Notes under the pieces: model-generated | The model's input: only the letters and a program-made list of their open reading frames with translations | What the model was told of the DNA's origin: nothing | Database searches by the model: none | Made by a program: the position numbers and the translations under genes | DNA from: Bifidobacterium longum subsp. longum JCM 1217 | GTDB lineage: Bacteria > Actinomycetota > Actinomycetes > Actinomycetales > Bifidobacteriaceae | Reading direction: 5' to 3' | Length of the DNA: 32,000 bases | Assembly (NCBI RefSeq): GCF_000196555.1 | Contig: NC_015067.1 | Span: 1,860,001-1,892,000 of the forward strand | Shown here: positions 15,799 to 25,905 of the stretch, piece by piece | Position numbering within the stretch: the stretch's first letter is position 1 | How the letters are laid out: each line of letters begins with the position of its first letter

Positions 15799-15832
15799 AA
15801 CGTTGTCATTCAATAGCAAACGTTGTCATTCA
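15799..15832. promoter_or_regulatory. two identical 14-bp direct repeats (AACGTTGTCATTCA) spaced 20 bp apart; candidate operator pair
   Basis: The copies lie at 15799-15812 and 15819-15832. Each contains the palindromic core AACGTT. They sit about 165-200 bp upstream of the glucokinase start, in a 420-bp non-coding region. Confidence 0.4.
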
Positions 15833-16023
15833 GACTATCGGCGTGTCGAGCAGAGCCCCAAGGCCAGCACGAAACCTTCGGTATTTCCATGCGATACGGC
15901 ATCGGCATCGACTGAAACAGCTTCCATGCCAGAGTCGAATGGCCATCAAACGACTAAACACCAGACACACATTTTGGCCTATAACCCCATATTTCGCCCT
16001 ACACCACGAAATACGGCAAAAGA

Positions 16024-16054
16024 ACAAAAAAGCTCCTGACATTTGTCAGGAGCT
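16024..16054 (-). terminator. intrinsic terminator downstream of tRNA-Asp
   Basis: Stem AGCTCCTGAC (16031-16040) with GTCAGGAGCT (16045-16054) and a 4-nt loop, followed on the minus strand by TTTTTTGTTCTTTT. Confidence 0.75.
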
Positions 16055-16057
16055 TGG

Positions 16058-16134
16058 TGGCGACCCCGGCCGGACTTGAACCGGTGACCTCCGCCGTGAC
16101 AGGGCGGCGCTCTAACCAACTGAGCTACGGGGCC
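16058..16134 (-). tRNA. tRNA-Asp (anticodon GUC), CCA encoded
   Basis: The reverse complement is GGCCCCGTAGCTCAGTTGGTTAGAGCGCCGCCCTGTCACGGCGGAGGTCACCGGTTCAAGTCCGGCCGGGGTCGCCA. It folds by hand into a cloverleaf with a 7-bp acceptor stem, a GCTC/GAGC D-stem, a CCGCC/GGCGG anticodon stem, the loop CTGTCAC and a TTCAAGT T-loop. Confidence 0.95.
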
Positions 16135-16468
16135 ATCTGTACCTCAATGAAGCACAAGAGGATATACTACAGCATCACTGGACCACGGCGCGCCGCCCGG
16201 CGCGTCGCGCCACGGCAATGTCAGGCCCATCCATTACCCCTCCAAGCCATAGCGACGCCCGCCATTCCAGCCCTTCCGATACCATGGTGGGCGGTGGTTT
16301 GGCGTGGATTCGATCGTTATGCGGACAGGGCGGCACAGGCCTGACGCGGCGCACCGCGATCCGTGATTCGGGGGGCGTGCTCCGCGCTGCACACAGCGTA
16401 TCCATCACAAACTAAAGACTAAAGAAACAGCGGAATTCCAACCCCTTTTTAAGGAGTAACTGCACAAC

Positions 16469-18148
<1,680 letters not shown>

Positions 18149-18188
18149 GATACGCCGGCATTAGTGCCACAACGCGCTTTATACGTCG

Positions 18189-18213
18189 AAAGCCGTCCCT
18201 CAGGGGCGGCTTT
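18189..18213 (+). terminator. possible terminator hairpin after ettA
   Basis: AAGCCGTCCC-TCA-GGGGCGGCTT followed by TCCCC. The stem is good (one G-U pair) but the U-tract is weak. Confidence 0.35.
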
Positions 18214-18459
18214 CCCCATAATTGCCCCATGGCTGCCCGCCCCGCATCCCATAAAATCCCACAGTCGCCTACGGCAACACACCGGCAGCGCAGCAGCAAC
18301 GTAGCGGCAATGCGCCGCATAACCCACCGTTTACCTTCCAAACAGTCTCGTTACATTTCGCTCCCGGAACTCTTAACCCCCACCGGATAGACTGCCAACC
18401 ATAGGTTGGAATACGATAACCGAATACTGAACACAGCAGAACAAGAATCGAGGAACGCC

Positions 18460-19359
18460 ATGGCTCAGGCAACCACCGTAACTCCATTGGACCATCTGGT
18501 GAAGGTGCTGAAGTTGGGCGAGCCTTCCGCTTACCGCAATCACACATATATCAATGGCGAGAGTATGTACTTCCCCACCGGCCGCGTCTACGGTGGCCAG
18601 GTCATCGCCCAGTCGGTGATCGCCGCGTCCAAAACAGTGGGCCCTTCACGCCTGCCGCATTCGGTACATGGCTATTTCATTGCCGCCGGCGATATTCGTC
18701 AAGACCTGTTGTTTGACGTCGAGAACCTTCGCGACGGCCGCTCGTTCTCCGCTCGTCGGGTCAACGTCACCCAAGCCGAGGGGTCGATTCTCACGGCCAT
18801 CGCCTCTTTCCAGGAGACCGGCCAAGAGGGTGTGGAATTTGCCGATCCGATGCCGGAAAACCTGCCCGATCCCGAAACGTTGACTTCCGCCAAAGAACTC
18901 ATGCAGCCGTTCGCCGAGAAGTCGCCGTTCGCCAATTACTATGCCGAGAAATCGCCGTTCGATATCCGCCACGTGACGCCGACCGTGATGCTGCGCGCGG
19001 ACAAGGATTCCGCCGAGCATGATTCCGGCAAGCAGATGGTGTGGATGAAGGCCGATGGCCACGTCGATGTGCCGCAGGTCATGCATCGTGCGATGCTGGC
19101 GCTTGGCTGCGATCAGGTGATGATGGAGCCGGTGCTGCGCCGCGCCGGACTGTCGATTTCCACACCGGGCATTTCCTATGCGTCCATCGACCATTCGATG
19201 TGGTGGTATCAGGATATCGATATCAACGAATGGCATTTGTATGTGCAGGATACGCCTATCGCCGCGCACGGACGCGGACTCGGCATTGCCAAAGTGTATG
19301 CGCAGAATGGCGACTTGGTGGCGGCCATCGCTCAGGAAGCTATGGTGCGCGTGCCGTAG
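18460..19359 (+). CDS. tesB: acyl-CoA thioesterase II
   Basis: Double hot-dog TesB pattern: GRVYGGQVIAQSV..., HSVHGYFIAAGD, LRDGRSFSARRV..., AAHGRGL. ATG 18460 has a GAGGAA RBS and is preferred over the TTG at 18406. Confidence 0.88.
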   Translation: MAQATTVTPLDHLVKVLKLGEPSAYRNHTYINGESMYFPTGRVYGGQVIAQSVIAASKTVGPSRLPHSVHGYFIAAGDIRQDLLFDVENLRDGRSFSARRVNVTQAEGSILTAIASFQETGQEGVEFADPMPENLPDPETLTSAKELMQPFAEKSPFANYYAEKSPFDIRHVTPTVMLRADKDSAEHDSGKQMVWMKADGHVDVPQVMHRAMLALGCDQVMMEPVLRRAGLSISTPGISYASIDHSMWWYQDIDINEWHLYVQDTPIAAHGRGLGIAKVYAQNGDLVAAIAQEAMVRVP

Positions 19360-19371
19360 GAATAGTCACCC

Positions 19372-19899
19372 CTACCGCTTGTAGGCTTGGGCTATGTCGC
19401 TACGGCGCTTGGCTTCCCTGATTTTCGGGTTTTCGGGGCCTTCGTTCGGCGGTAGCTGGCACAACCATTCGCCGATAATGCCGATGATCATGTCGGCGAT
19501 GCACACCACGGCCGCAATTGCGCACTCGGTGACGGCGTGTGCATAGAAATCCGCCTCGATATGGCTCAAGCTCACCACAATCTGACCGCCATACCAGCCG
19601 GCGAGCGTTGCGCCCGCCAATCCCAGTGCCTTTGCCAACACCAGCGTATACACCGCGATAGTGGGATTGATGAAGCTATGCGGACGTTTCTTGGGGTCGG
19701 TATTCGCGTATTTATGCACTTGCAGGGCCAAGATCAGCACAATAACGCCCAGTACGGCCAGCAATCCGGGCACAATCCAAGGCGCACCAATCAGCGACAG
19801 TCCCGAGCTTTCGCCGTAGGAGGCCAGACCGATACCCGCCAACAGGCCCAACACGGCACCGATCACATACTGCCACCATGGTGTTCGCCGTGTTTTCAT
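19372..19899 (-). CDS. DUF3180-type integral membrane protein (folate-operon associated)
   Basis: 175 aa with four hydrophobic helices and an AAGGAGG RBS. It occupies the position downstream of folK that holds the DUF3180 membrane protein in other actinobacteria (for example downstream of folK in Mycobacterium tuberculosis). The family assignment rests on context and topology and was not checked by search. Confidence 0.7.
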   Translation of the reverse strand: MKTRRTPWWQYVIGAVLGLLAGIGLASYGESSGLSLIGAPWIVPGLLAVLGVIVLILALQVHKYANTDPKKRPHSFINPTIAVYTLVLAKALGLAGATLAGWYGGQIVVSLSHIEADFYAHAVTECAIAAVVCIADMIIGIIGEWLCQLPPNEGPENPKIREAKRRSDIAQAYKR

Positions 19900-20074
19900 G
19901 TCCGGCCTCCTTATCGTTGCGTTGCTGTTTGCTGTTTGCGAACGGCCTTCGCGCTTTGGCCGTTCATCTTGATTTGTTTTTTCGTCATTGCCGTGCCTGG
20001 CTGCTCGAGGCCGGAGACTGGTCCGTCACCGTCTGGTTTCTAGCCTACCGTTCGTAACTGGTTCCGCCATCAGC

Positions 20075-21487
20075 TCAACTATTCGACAGTATCCAGTTGT
20101 CCGATAGCAATCCGACCTGTCCGGCATCCGGTGCCATGGCCAAAAGGAAGGCCACCGGGTCGCCGCCCAGAGAAGCATTCGGGTCCATATCCAGCCAAGG
20201 TGCCAATACCGACGCATGGTTACGGGCCGACGGCCAAGGAATGCTGCAGTTGGGCTCGTCGGAAGTCACGCCTTCCATGTCAACAAGGTCAAGGTCGACT
20301 GCTAGGTCATGAACGCTTTCGATGCTGCCCAATACGGCAATCAGGTCGGCGGGCGGCAACTTGGTTTCGATTTGGATGACCGCGCTCATCGCGTCCGGAC
20401 TGTCGAAATGGCTGACATGGTAGAGCGGCGAGATGCCCTGTACCTGATTGCCAGGAACACTGTCGATGGAAACGATGGTTTCGCGGAACAGCCGTTCGGC
20501 ATCCTGCGAGGTGGAATCCAGCGAAATAATCGCCTTGCGTGAGACGGGTTCCGACTCCGACGCTGATTCTTGCTTGACTGCATGCCCGCCGAGCATCCAG
20601 TCTTCGCTCTCGAGCTGCACGGCGTTACGGTCCGGCGCGGCGGCCAGCAAATCGGCTACAGGCCCCTCATGGGCTCCAGCAAGTTTGGCGTTCGGATTCA
20701 GCGCCGCCCAAGGAGCCAGCACAAATGCGCGCTGCCAAGCACGCGGATGGGGCAATGCCAGATCCGGATCCGCGCTGGTGATGCCATCAAAGTCGATAAT
20801 GTCCAAGTCCAACGGCCTGGAATCCCAATGATTCTCACGAATTCGCCCATGGTTCGCTTCGATGTTTTGCAACGCGGCGAGCAATTCGTGGCTGCCCATT
20901 GTGGTTCCAAGCTCCACCACGGCGTTCAGGAAATCCGGCGTACCGTCAGCCATGCCCCACGCGGCCGTGCGGTAAAGCGGCGAAATACCGGTCACCTGTG
21001 TGCCAAGCAGCGCGTCAATCTCCCGAACGGCGGCTCGCAAGGTGGATTCCACCTCGCCCACATTGCCCCCCAAGGCCACCACCGCGTTATGGATGGCATG
21101 CTTTTCAGCAGTGCGTCCATTATCGGTGGCACGCACGCGCGAGATGGAGACCGATACATCTGCAAAAGCCACGACGATGGGCGCGTGAGGCTTGTGCACG
21201 GTGACGTCGATGGAGGCGACGGCCGGCGCATCGGCAAGAATCTTATCCGCGATACGTTGGGCCAGACGCTCGATCAGGTCCACATGAGGGCCTTCGATGA
21301 CAGCCACGATATCCTTGGCCACGCGGCCGTAATCGATGGTGTCATTGAGATCGTCGGATTGGCCGGCGGCGGCCAGATCAAGGTGCAGGGTGACGTCCAC
21401 GACGAAGGTTTGTGGCCGTTCGTGTTCAAAGGCGAGCACACCGTGGGTGCCGTTGGCATGTACGCCGGTAAGTGTGATGGTGTCCAT
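20075..21487 (-). CDS. folB/folK: fused dihydroneopterin aldolase (FolB) / HPPK (FolK) with an extra degenerate HPPK-like C-terminal domain
   Basis: Residues 1-118 are FolB-like (ITLTGVHANGTHGVLAFEHERPQTFVVDVTL...). Residues about 133-300 are HPPK (ALGGNVG..., ISPLYRTAAWG, HGRIRENHWDSRPLDLDII, LPHPRAWQRAFVLAPW). Residues about 320-470 repeat the HPPK pattern in degenerate form (see findings). Confidence 0.9.
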   Translation of the reverse strand: MDTITLTGVHANGTHGVLAFEHERPQTFVVDVTLHLDLAAAGQSDDLNDTIDYGRVAKDIVAVIEGPHVDLIERLAQRIADKILADAPAVASIDVTVHKPHAPIVVAFADVSVSISRVRATDNGRTAEKHAIHNAVVALGGNVGEVESTLRAAVREIDALLGTQVTGISPLYRTAAWGMADGTPDFLNAVVELGTTMGSHELLAALQNIEANHGRIRENHWDSRPLDLDIIDFDGITSADPDLALPHPRAWQRAFVLAPWAALNPNAKLAGAHEGPVADLLAAAPDRNAVQLESEDWMLGGHAVKQESASESEPVSRKAIISLDSTSQDAERLFRETIVSIDSVPGNQVQGISPLYHVSHFDSPDAMSAVIQIETKLPPADLIAVLGSIESVHDLAVDLDLVDMEGVTSDEPNCSIPWPSARNHASVLAPWLDMDPNASLGGDPVAFLLAMAPDAGQVGLLSDNWILSNS

Positions 21488-21509
21488 TGGTAAGGCTTTC
21501 TGTTCAAAT

Positions 21510-21559
21510 GCTCCCCCTCAGTCGCCTTCGGCGCCAGCTCCCCTCGCCCGAGGGGAGCC
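21510..21559. repeat. structured intergenic repeat element, copy 1 (folP / folBK junction)
   Basis: GCTCCCCCTCAGTCGCCTTCGGCGCCAGCTCCCCTCGCCCGAGGGGAGCC. It contains a perfect 9-bp hairpin, GCTCCCCTC-GCCC-GAGGGGAGC. About 85-90% identical to copy 2. Confidence 0.7.
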
Positions 21560-21597
21560 AAGACCTAGAAGCAACCAAAAACAGGGAGCCAGGGGAA

Positions 21598-22473
21598 TCA
21601 TGCGTATTCGCGCCAGGTGTTGCCGGCGATGACGGCGGCGCGGCTTTTGGCCACATCGTGTACGCGCACGGCCCATGCGCCGTGCTCGGCGGACAGGGCG
21701 GACAAGGCTGCGGTCACGTCATCGCGCTGGGCCATGGTCGGGCCATCAGCACCGGCAGTACCCGCCCCGGTAAGCATCGCCGAAATGAAGCGCTTGCGGG
21801 ACTGGCCAATCAGCACCGGATATCCAGTGGCGCGGAAGGTCTCGAGCCCGGTCAGCAGCGGTAGGTTATGCTCGATGCCGGGCTTGGAGAAGCCCAGACC
21901 AGGATCGATGATAATGCGCTCAGGCTTTACGCCGGCGGCCAGCACGCCGTCGACTTGGCGCATGAGTTCGTCGTGCACGTCGGTCAATACGCCATGCTCG
22001 TATACGGAGGTGTCTTGATCGGGGTTCGCGCCCTTGGAGCCGACGAGCCAGCCGCGCCAATGCTGCACGACGTACAGGCAGTCGTGGTCGGCGACCACAT
22101 GCGGCAGCTCGGCGTCCAGCGTGCCGCCGGAAACATCGTTGATGATCTGTGCGCCCTCGCTCAGCGCGGCGGCGGCCACGGATGCGCGCGTGGTGTCGAT
22201 GGACAGTACGGCACCGGCCGGAATCAACGTCTTGACGGCACCGGTGATACGGGCCAGTTCGTCGGCCTCGGACACGCGCTTGGCACCGGGGCGCGTGGAT
22301 TCGGCGCCGATGTCGATGATATCCGCGCCGGCGGCCATCATGTCGCGCCCGTGCTGGGCCGCCTTGGCCGGGTCCAGCCATAGGCCGCCGTCCGAGAACG
22401 AGTCCTCGGTGATGTTGAGCACACCCATCACCATGGTGTGCGTGGCGTCATGCAACGCCTGCAAATCAGTCAT
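21598..22473 (-). CDS. folP: dihydropteroate synthase
   Basis: Pterin-binding domain: VMGVLNITEDSFSDGG, DIIDIGAESTRPG, SIDT, INDVSGG, DPGLGFSK. Confidence 0.95.
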   Translation of the reverse strand: MTDLQALHDATHTMVMGVLNITEDSFSDGGLWLDPAKAAQHGRDMMAAGADIIDIGAESTRPGAKRVSEADELARITGAVKTLIPAGAVLSIDTTRASVAAAALSEGAQIINDVSGGTLDAELPHVVADHDCLYVVQHWRGWLVGSKGANPDQDTSVYEHGVLTDVHDELMRQVDGVLAAGVKPERIIIDPGLGFSKPGIEHNLPLLTGLETFRATGYPVLIGQSRKRFISAMLTGAGTAGADGPTMAQRDDVTAALSALSAEHGAWAVRVHDVAKSRAAVIAGNTWREYA

Positions 22474-22503
22474 AGGTCATCTCCCCTTCATTGTTTCCCC
22501 TTC

Positions 22504-22551
22504 GCTCCCCTCAGTCACCTACGGCGACAGCTCCCCTCAGAGAGGGGAGCC
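22504..22551. repeat. structured intergenic repeat element, copy 2 (folE / folP junction)
   Basis: GCTCCCCTCAGTCACCTACGGCGACAGCTCCCCTCAGAGAGGGGAGCC. It has the same 9-bp stem, GCTCCCCTC/GAGGGGAGC, with a different loop (AGA). Confidence 0.7.
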
Positions 22552-22560
22552 TAGGTTGCG

Positions 22561-23160
22561 TCACTTGTCAAGAATCAGACTCATGGCTTCGGCTCGGGTG
22601 GCGGGGTTGCGTAGCAGACCGCGCACCGCAGAGGTCACCGTGCGGGCGGAAGACTTCTTGATGCCGCGCATCGACATGCACAGGTGCTCGCATTCGGTCA
22701 CCACAATCACACCACGTGCGCCCGCATACTCGACCAGCGCGTCGGCGATCTGCTGGGTCAAACGCTCCTGCACCTGCGGCCGGCGAGCATACACCTCAAC
22801 CAGTCGGGCGAGCTTGCTCAGCCCCATCACCCCATCCTTGGCGGGAATGTAGCCCACATGGGCCACGCCATGGAAAGGCAGCAGGTGATGCTCGCACACC
22901 GAATACAGTTCGATGTCCTTGACCAGCACCAGCTCGTCGGTATCCACGTCGAAGTGCTTCTCCAGCACATCGGCCGGCGAGGCCTGCAGACCGGCGAACA
23001 GCTCGCGGCACGCGCGGGCGATACGGTCAGGCGTTTCCACCAGTCCCTCGCGCTCGGGATCCTCGCCAATCGACTTCAGGAACAGACGTACGGCCTCGCG
23101 CACGCCTTCCTCGTCGTATGTGCGTTTCTCCCGCTGGCAAGACTCTATATATTCGTTCAT
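22561..23160 (-). CDS. folE: GTP cyclohydrolase I
   Basis: 199 aa with [21 protein letters not shown] and [15 protein letters not shown] motifs. An AAGGGAGAG RBS precedes the start. Confidence 0.95.
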   Translation of the reverse strand: MNEYIESCQREKRTYDEEGVREAVRLFLKSIGEDPEREGLVETPDRIARACRELFAGLQASPADVLEKHFDVDTDELVLVKDIELYSVCEHHLLPFHGVAHVGYIPAKDGVMGLSKLARLVEVYARRPQVQERLTQQIADALVEYAGARGVIVVTECEHLCMSMRGIKKSSARTVTSAVRGLLRNPATRAEAMSLILDK

Positions 23161-23254
23161 CTCATCTCTCCCTTGTCATTGTCCACAACGACGTCGGCCC
23201 GGCCTGCGTACGTGAGAAACCACATGAACAGGTCGGGCCGAATCGTCATCGTGT

Positions 23255-25345
23255 CTACTCTTCCGGCTTCATGCCGACCGAGCGCTTGAGGCTTTCGGGA
23301 ATCTCCACCGGCGGCTTGTCCGAGTCGGGGCGGCGGTCGTTGGACAGCCACACCGGACGAACCGGAGCCTTCTTGATCGGCGCGAAGATCGCCGCAAGTT
23401 CCTTCTCGTTCAGGGTCTCCTTGACCAGCAGCTGGCGGACCAGCTCGTCAAGAATCTCGCGGTTGTCGTTGATGATGGTCCATGCCTCGGTGTGCGCGGT
23501 CTCCACCAGCTTCAACACTTCGTCATCGATTACCTCAGCGGTGCGATCGGAGTACTTGCGCGGCTGCAGACCATCCATCACAGTGGTCTGATCGTCGTCG
23601 GAACCCCACTTGATGGCGCCGAGCTTATCAGAGAAGCCGTATTCGATCACCATCGTACGGGCGATGCTCGTAGCCTTCTCGATATCGTTCGAAGCACCGG
23701 TAGTCGGGTCGTGGAAGACGATTTCCTCGGCGGTGCGGCCACCCATCGCGTAGGCCATCTGGTCGAGCAGCTGGTTGCGCGACTGCGAGTAGCGGTCGGA
23801 GGTCGGCATGACGGCGGTGTAGCCGAGGGCGCGGCCTCGCGGCAGAATCGTCACCTTGGTCACCGGATCGGTGTTGTTCAAGGCGGCGGCCACCAGCGCA
23901 TGGCCACCCTCGTGGTATGCGGTGTTGCGCAGCTCTTCCAGAGCCATGCCCTTGGACTTGCGCTTCGGGCCGGCCTGAACGCGGTCGATGGCCTCGTCGA
24001 TGGCGCGGTTGTCGATCAACTGGGCACCGGCACGGGCGCACAGCAACGCAGCTTCGTTGAGCACGTTGGCCAAATCGGCACCGGTGAAGCCCGGCGTGCG
24101 CACGGCAACCATATGCAGGTCGACGTCCGGTACGAACGGCTTGCCCTTGGCGTGCACCCTCAGAATTGCCTCACGGCCTTCCAGATCAGGCGCGGCCACA
24201 CCTACCTGACGGTCGAATCGACCCGGACGCAGCAGAGCGGGGTCAAGCACGTCAGGGCGGTTGGTGGCGGCTATGATGATGAGGTTGGTGTCGTTGTCGA
24301 AACCGTCCATCTCGACGAGCAGCTGGTTCAGCGTCTGCTCGCGCTCGTCGTGGCCACCGCCCATACCGGAGCCACGCTTGCGACCCACGGCATCGATCTC
24401 ATCGATGAAGATGATGGCGGGAGCGTTCTTCTTGGCCTCATCGAACAGGTCACGCACACGGGAGGCACCGAGACCGACGAACATCTCGACGAAGTCGGAG
24501 CCGGCCATCGAGTAGAACGGCACGCCGGCCTCACCTGCGATGGCTCGGGCCAGCAACGTCTTACCGGTGCCGGGAGGGCCGTACAGCAGCACGCCGCGCG
24601 GGATGCGCGCACCCAGCGCCTTGTACTTGGACGGATCCTTGAGGAAGTCCTTGATTTCCTCGACTTCGGCCACGGCCTCGTCTTCACCGGCCACATCGGC
24701 GAACTTGGTGGTGGGGGTCTGGCCCTCGAGCAGCTTGCCGCTGTCCTTCTTGCCGCCCATGCCGAGCATGCCGCCGGCACCGCCCATGCGGCTCATCAGC
24801 CACCAGAACAAGGCAAAGAAGATGATGAACGGCAAAATCGAGGTGATGAGGTAGCTCATCACACTGGTCTGCTCGATATTCGAGGTCCAGCCCTTTTCGA
24901 GATCGCCGTTCTCCACGGCCTTGGCCACCTGCGCGCCCTGGGCGAAGGTGTAGTAGAACTGCACGTTCTTGCCGTAGTTGGTCACCTTGCCGGTGTCGGC
25001 GTTCTTCTTGGTGTAGTCATTCTTCAGCTCAAGGCGGACGACCTGCTTGTTGTCCGTGATCTCGGCGTATGTGGCCTTGCCCTGATTGATCAGCGCGAAA
25101 CCATCTTTAGTATCGATGGTTTTGGTGCCACCGCCGGCGAACATCTGGAACATCAGCACAACCATGACCACGAGCACGGCACCCCACAGCCAGGGGGACT
25201 GCCATATCGGGCGGTTCTCTTTGTTGCCTTTGCCATTGTTCCCGTTATTGCCACGGTTGAACGGGTTGGTGAACGGGTTGCCGTTGTTACGGTTGTTGTT
25301 CGGGTTCGGGTTATTGCCGTTACCCGGCCCTTGCGGGAAGCTCAT
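23255..25345 (-). CDS. ftsH: ATP-dependent zinc metalloprotease FtsH
   Basis: 696 aa. AAA+ Walker [12 protein letters not shown], Walker [12 protein letters not shown] region, and Zn site HEGGHALV. It has an N/G-rich low-complexity N-terminus and two TMs. Its ATG overlaps the hpt stop (ATGA at 25342-25345). Confidence 0.97.
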   Translation of the reverse strand: MSFPQGPGNGNNPNPNNNRNNGNPFTNPFNRGNNGNNGKGNKENRPIWQSPWLWGAVLVVMVVLMFQMFAGGGTKTIDTKDGFALINQGKATYAEITDNKQVVRLELKNDYTKKNADTGKVTNYGKNVQFYYTFAQGAQVAKAVENGDLEKGWTSNIEQTSVMSYLITSILPFIIFFALFWWLMSRMGGAGGMLGMGGKKDSGKLLEGQTPTTKFADVAGEDEAVAEVEEIKDFLKDPSKYKALGARIPRGVLLYGPPGTGKTLLARAIAGEAGVPFYSMAGSDFVEMFVGLGASRVRDLFDEAKKNAPAIIFIDEIDAVGRKRGSGMGGGHDEREQTLNQLLVEMDGFDNDTNLIIIAATNRPDVLDPALLRPGRFDRQVGVAAPDLEGREAILRVHAKGKPFVPDVDLHMVAVRTPGFTGADLANVLNEAALLCARAGAQLIDNRAIDEAIDRVQAGPKRKSKGMALEELRNTAYHEGGHALVAAALNNTDPVTKVTILPRGRALGYTAVMPTSDRYSQSRNQLLDQMAYAMGGRTAEEIVFHDPTTGASNDIEKATSIARTMVIEYGFSDKLGAIKWGSDDDQTTVMDGLQPRKYSDRTAEVIDDEVLKLVETAHTEAWTIINDNREILDELVRQLLVKETLNEKELAAIFAPIKKAPVRPVWLSNDRRPDSDKPPVEIPESLKRSVGMKPEE

Positions 25346-25905
25346 GCTTGCACTCCTTGGTAGACGGACGGCTTGAGGACCGCGATCGAATCGAGGTTGC
25401 GGTAGCGTTCGTCAAAGTCGAGGCCGAAGCCGACGACAAACTCGTCCGGAATCTCATAGCCGGCGTACTTCACATCAACGTCCACCTCTCGGCGGGAAGG
25501 CTTGCTCAGCAAAGCGAAGACTTCCACGGAAGCGGCACCACGACGTTTCAGTTCTGCGACCAGCCACGCGAGCGTGCGTCCTGAATCAACAATATCCTCC
25601 ACAATCAAAATGTGCCGTCCGCGAACATCGGCGGACAAATCCTGCCTGACTGTGACCTCACCGCTCGACACTGTGCCCGAGCCATAGCTCGACAGGCTCA
25701 TGAAATCGATCTGTACAGGAATGCTCATGGCCTGGGTGAACGCGACCAGCGTATTCACGGCCCCTTTCAGCACCGCAACGAGCAGCGGATTCTTATCGCG
25801 GTAATCCTCGCTCGCGAGAGCAGCCATCTCGTGGATCTTGGCATCAATCTGTTCTTTGCTGACCAGCTCGTGGTCAATATCTTCCTCAACGTCAGCGATT
25901 CGCAT
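25342..25905 (-). CDS. hpt: hypoxanthine-guanine phosphoribosyltransferase
   Basis: PRPP-binding motif ILIVEDIVDSGRT plus FVVGFGLDFDERYRNL. I prefer ATG 25905 (MRIADVEEDIDHELV..., 187 aa) over the track start at 26034, which lies deep inside tilS. The chosen start overlaps the tilS 3' end by 14 nt. Confidence 0.9.
   Translation of the reverse strand: MRIADVEEDIDHELVSKEQIDAKIHEMAALASEDYRDKNPLLVAVLKGAVNTLVAFTQAMSIPVQIDFMSLSSYGSGTVSSGEVTVRQDLSADVRGRHILIVEDIVDSGRTLAWLVAELKRRGAASVEVFALLSKPSRREVDVDVKYAGYEIPDEFVVGFGLDFDERYRNLDSIAVLKPSVYQGVQA

Noticed and set aside
16135-16468. 330-bp GC-rich spacer between tRNA-Asp and ettA as a possible ncRNA or riboswitch
   Set aside because: I could find only short helices, for example TGTCAGGCC (16218-16226) with GGCCTGAC near 16340. 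In GC-rich DNA these are expected by chance. I recognised no motif of a known RNA family. The region is left unannotated.
18214-18459. Non-coding region of about 250 bp upstream of tesB as a possible regulatory RNA
   Set aside because: Apart from the half-copy of the folate-operon repeat (18257-18279), I see no conserved-looking structure or motif. This is insufficient evidence.
19942-19967. 8-bp inverted repeat GAACGGCC-N10-GGCCGTTC between folBK and the DUF3180 gene, as a terminator
   Set aside because: No U-tract follows on the transcribed (minus) strand. It may be a minor mRNA structure, but the evidence is too weak to call.
20570-21493. 307-aa plus-strand ORF, and the 125-aa ORF 21487..21864 containing LPLSRLRRQLPSPEGSQ
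   Set aside because: They are antisense to folBK and folP. The peptide-like string is simply the translation of the intergenic repeat element.
23492-25363. 623-aa plus-strand ORF
   Set aside because: It is antisense to ftsH.
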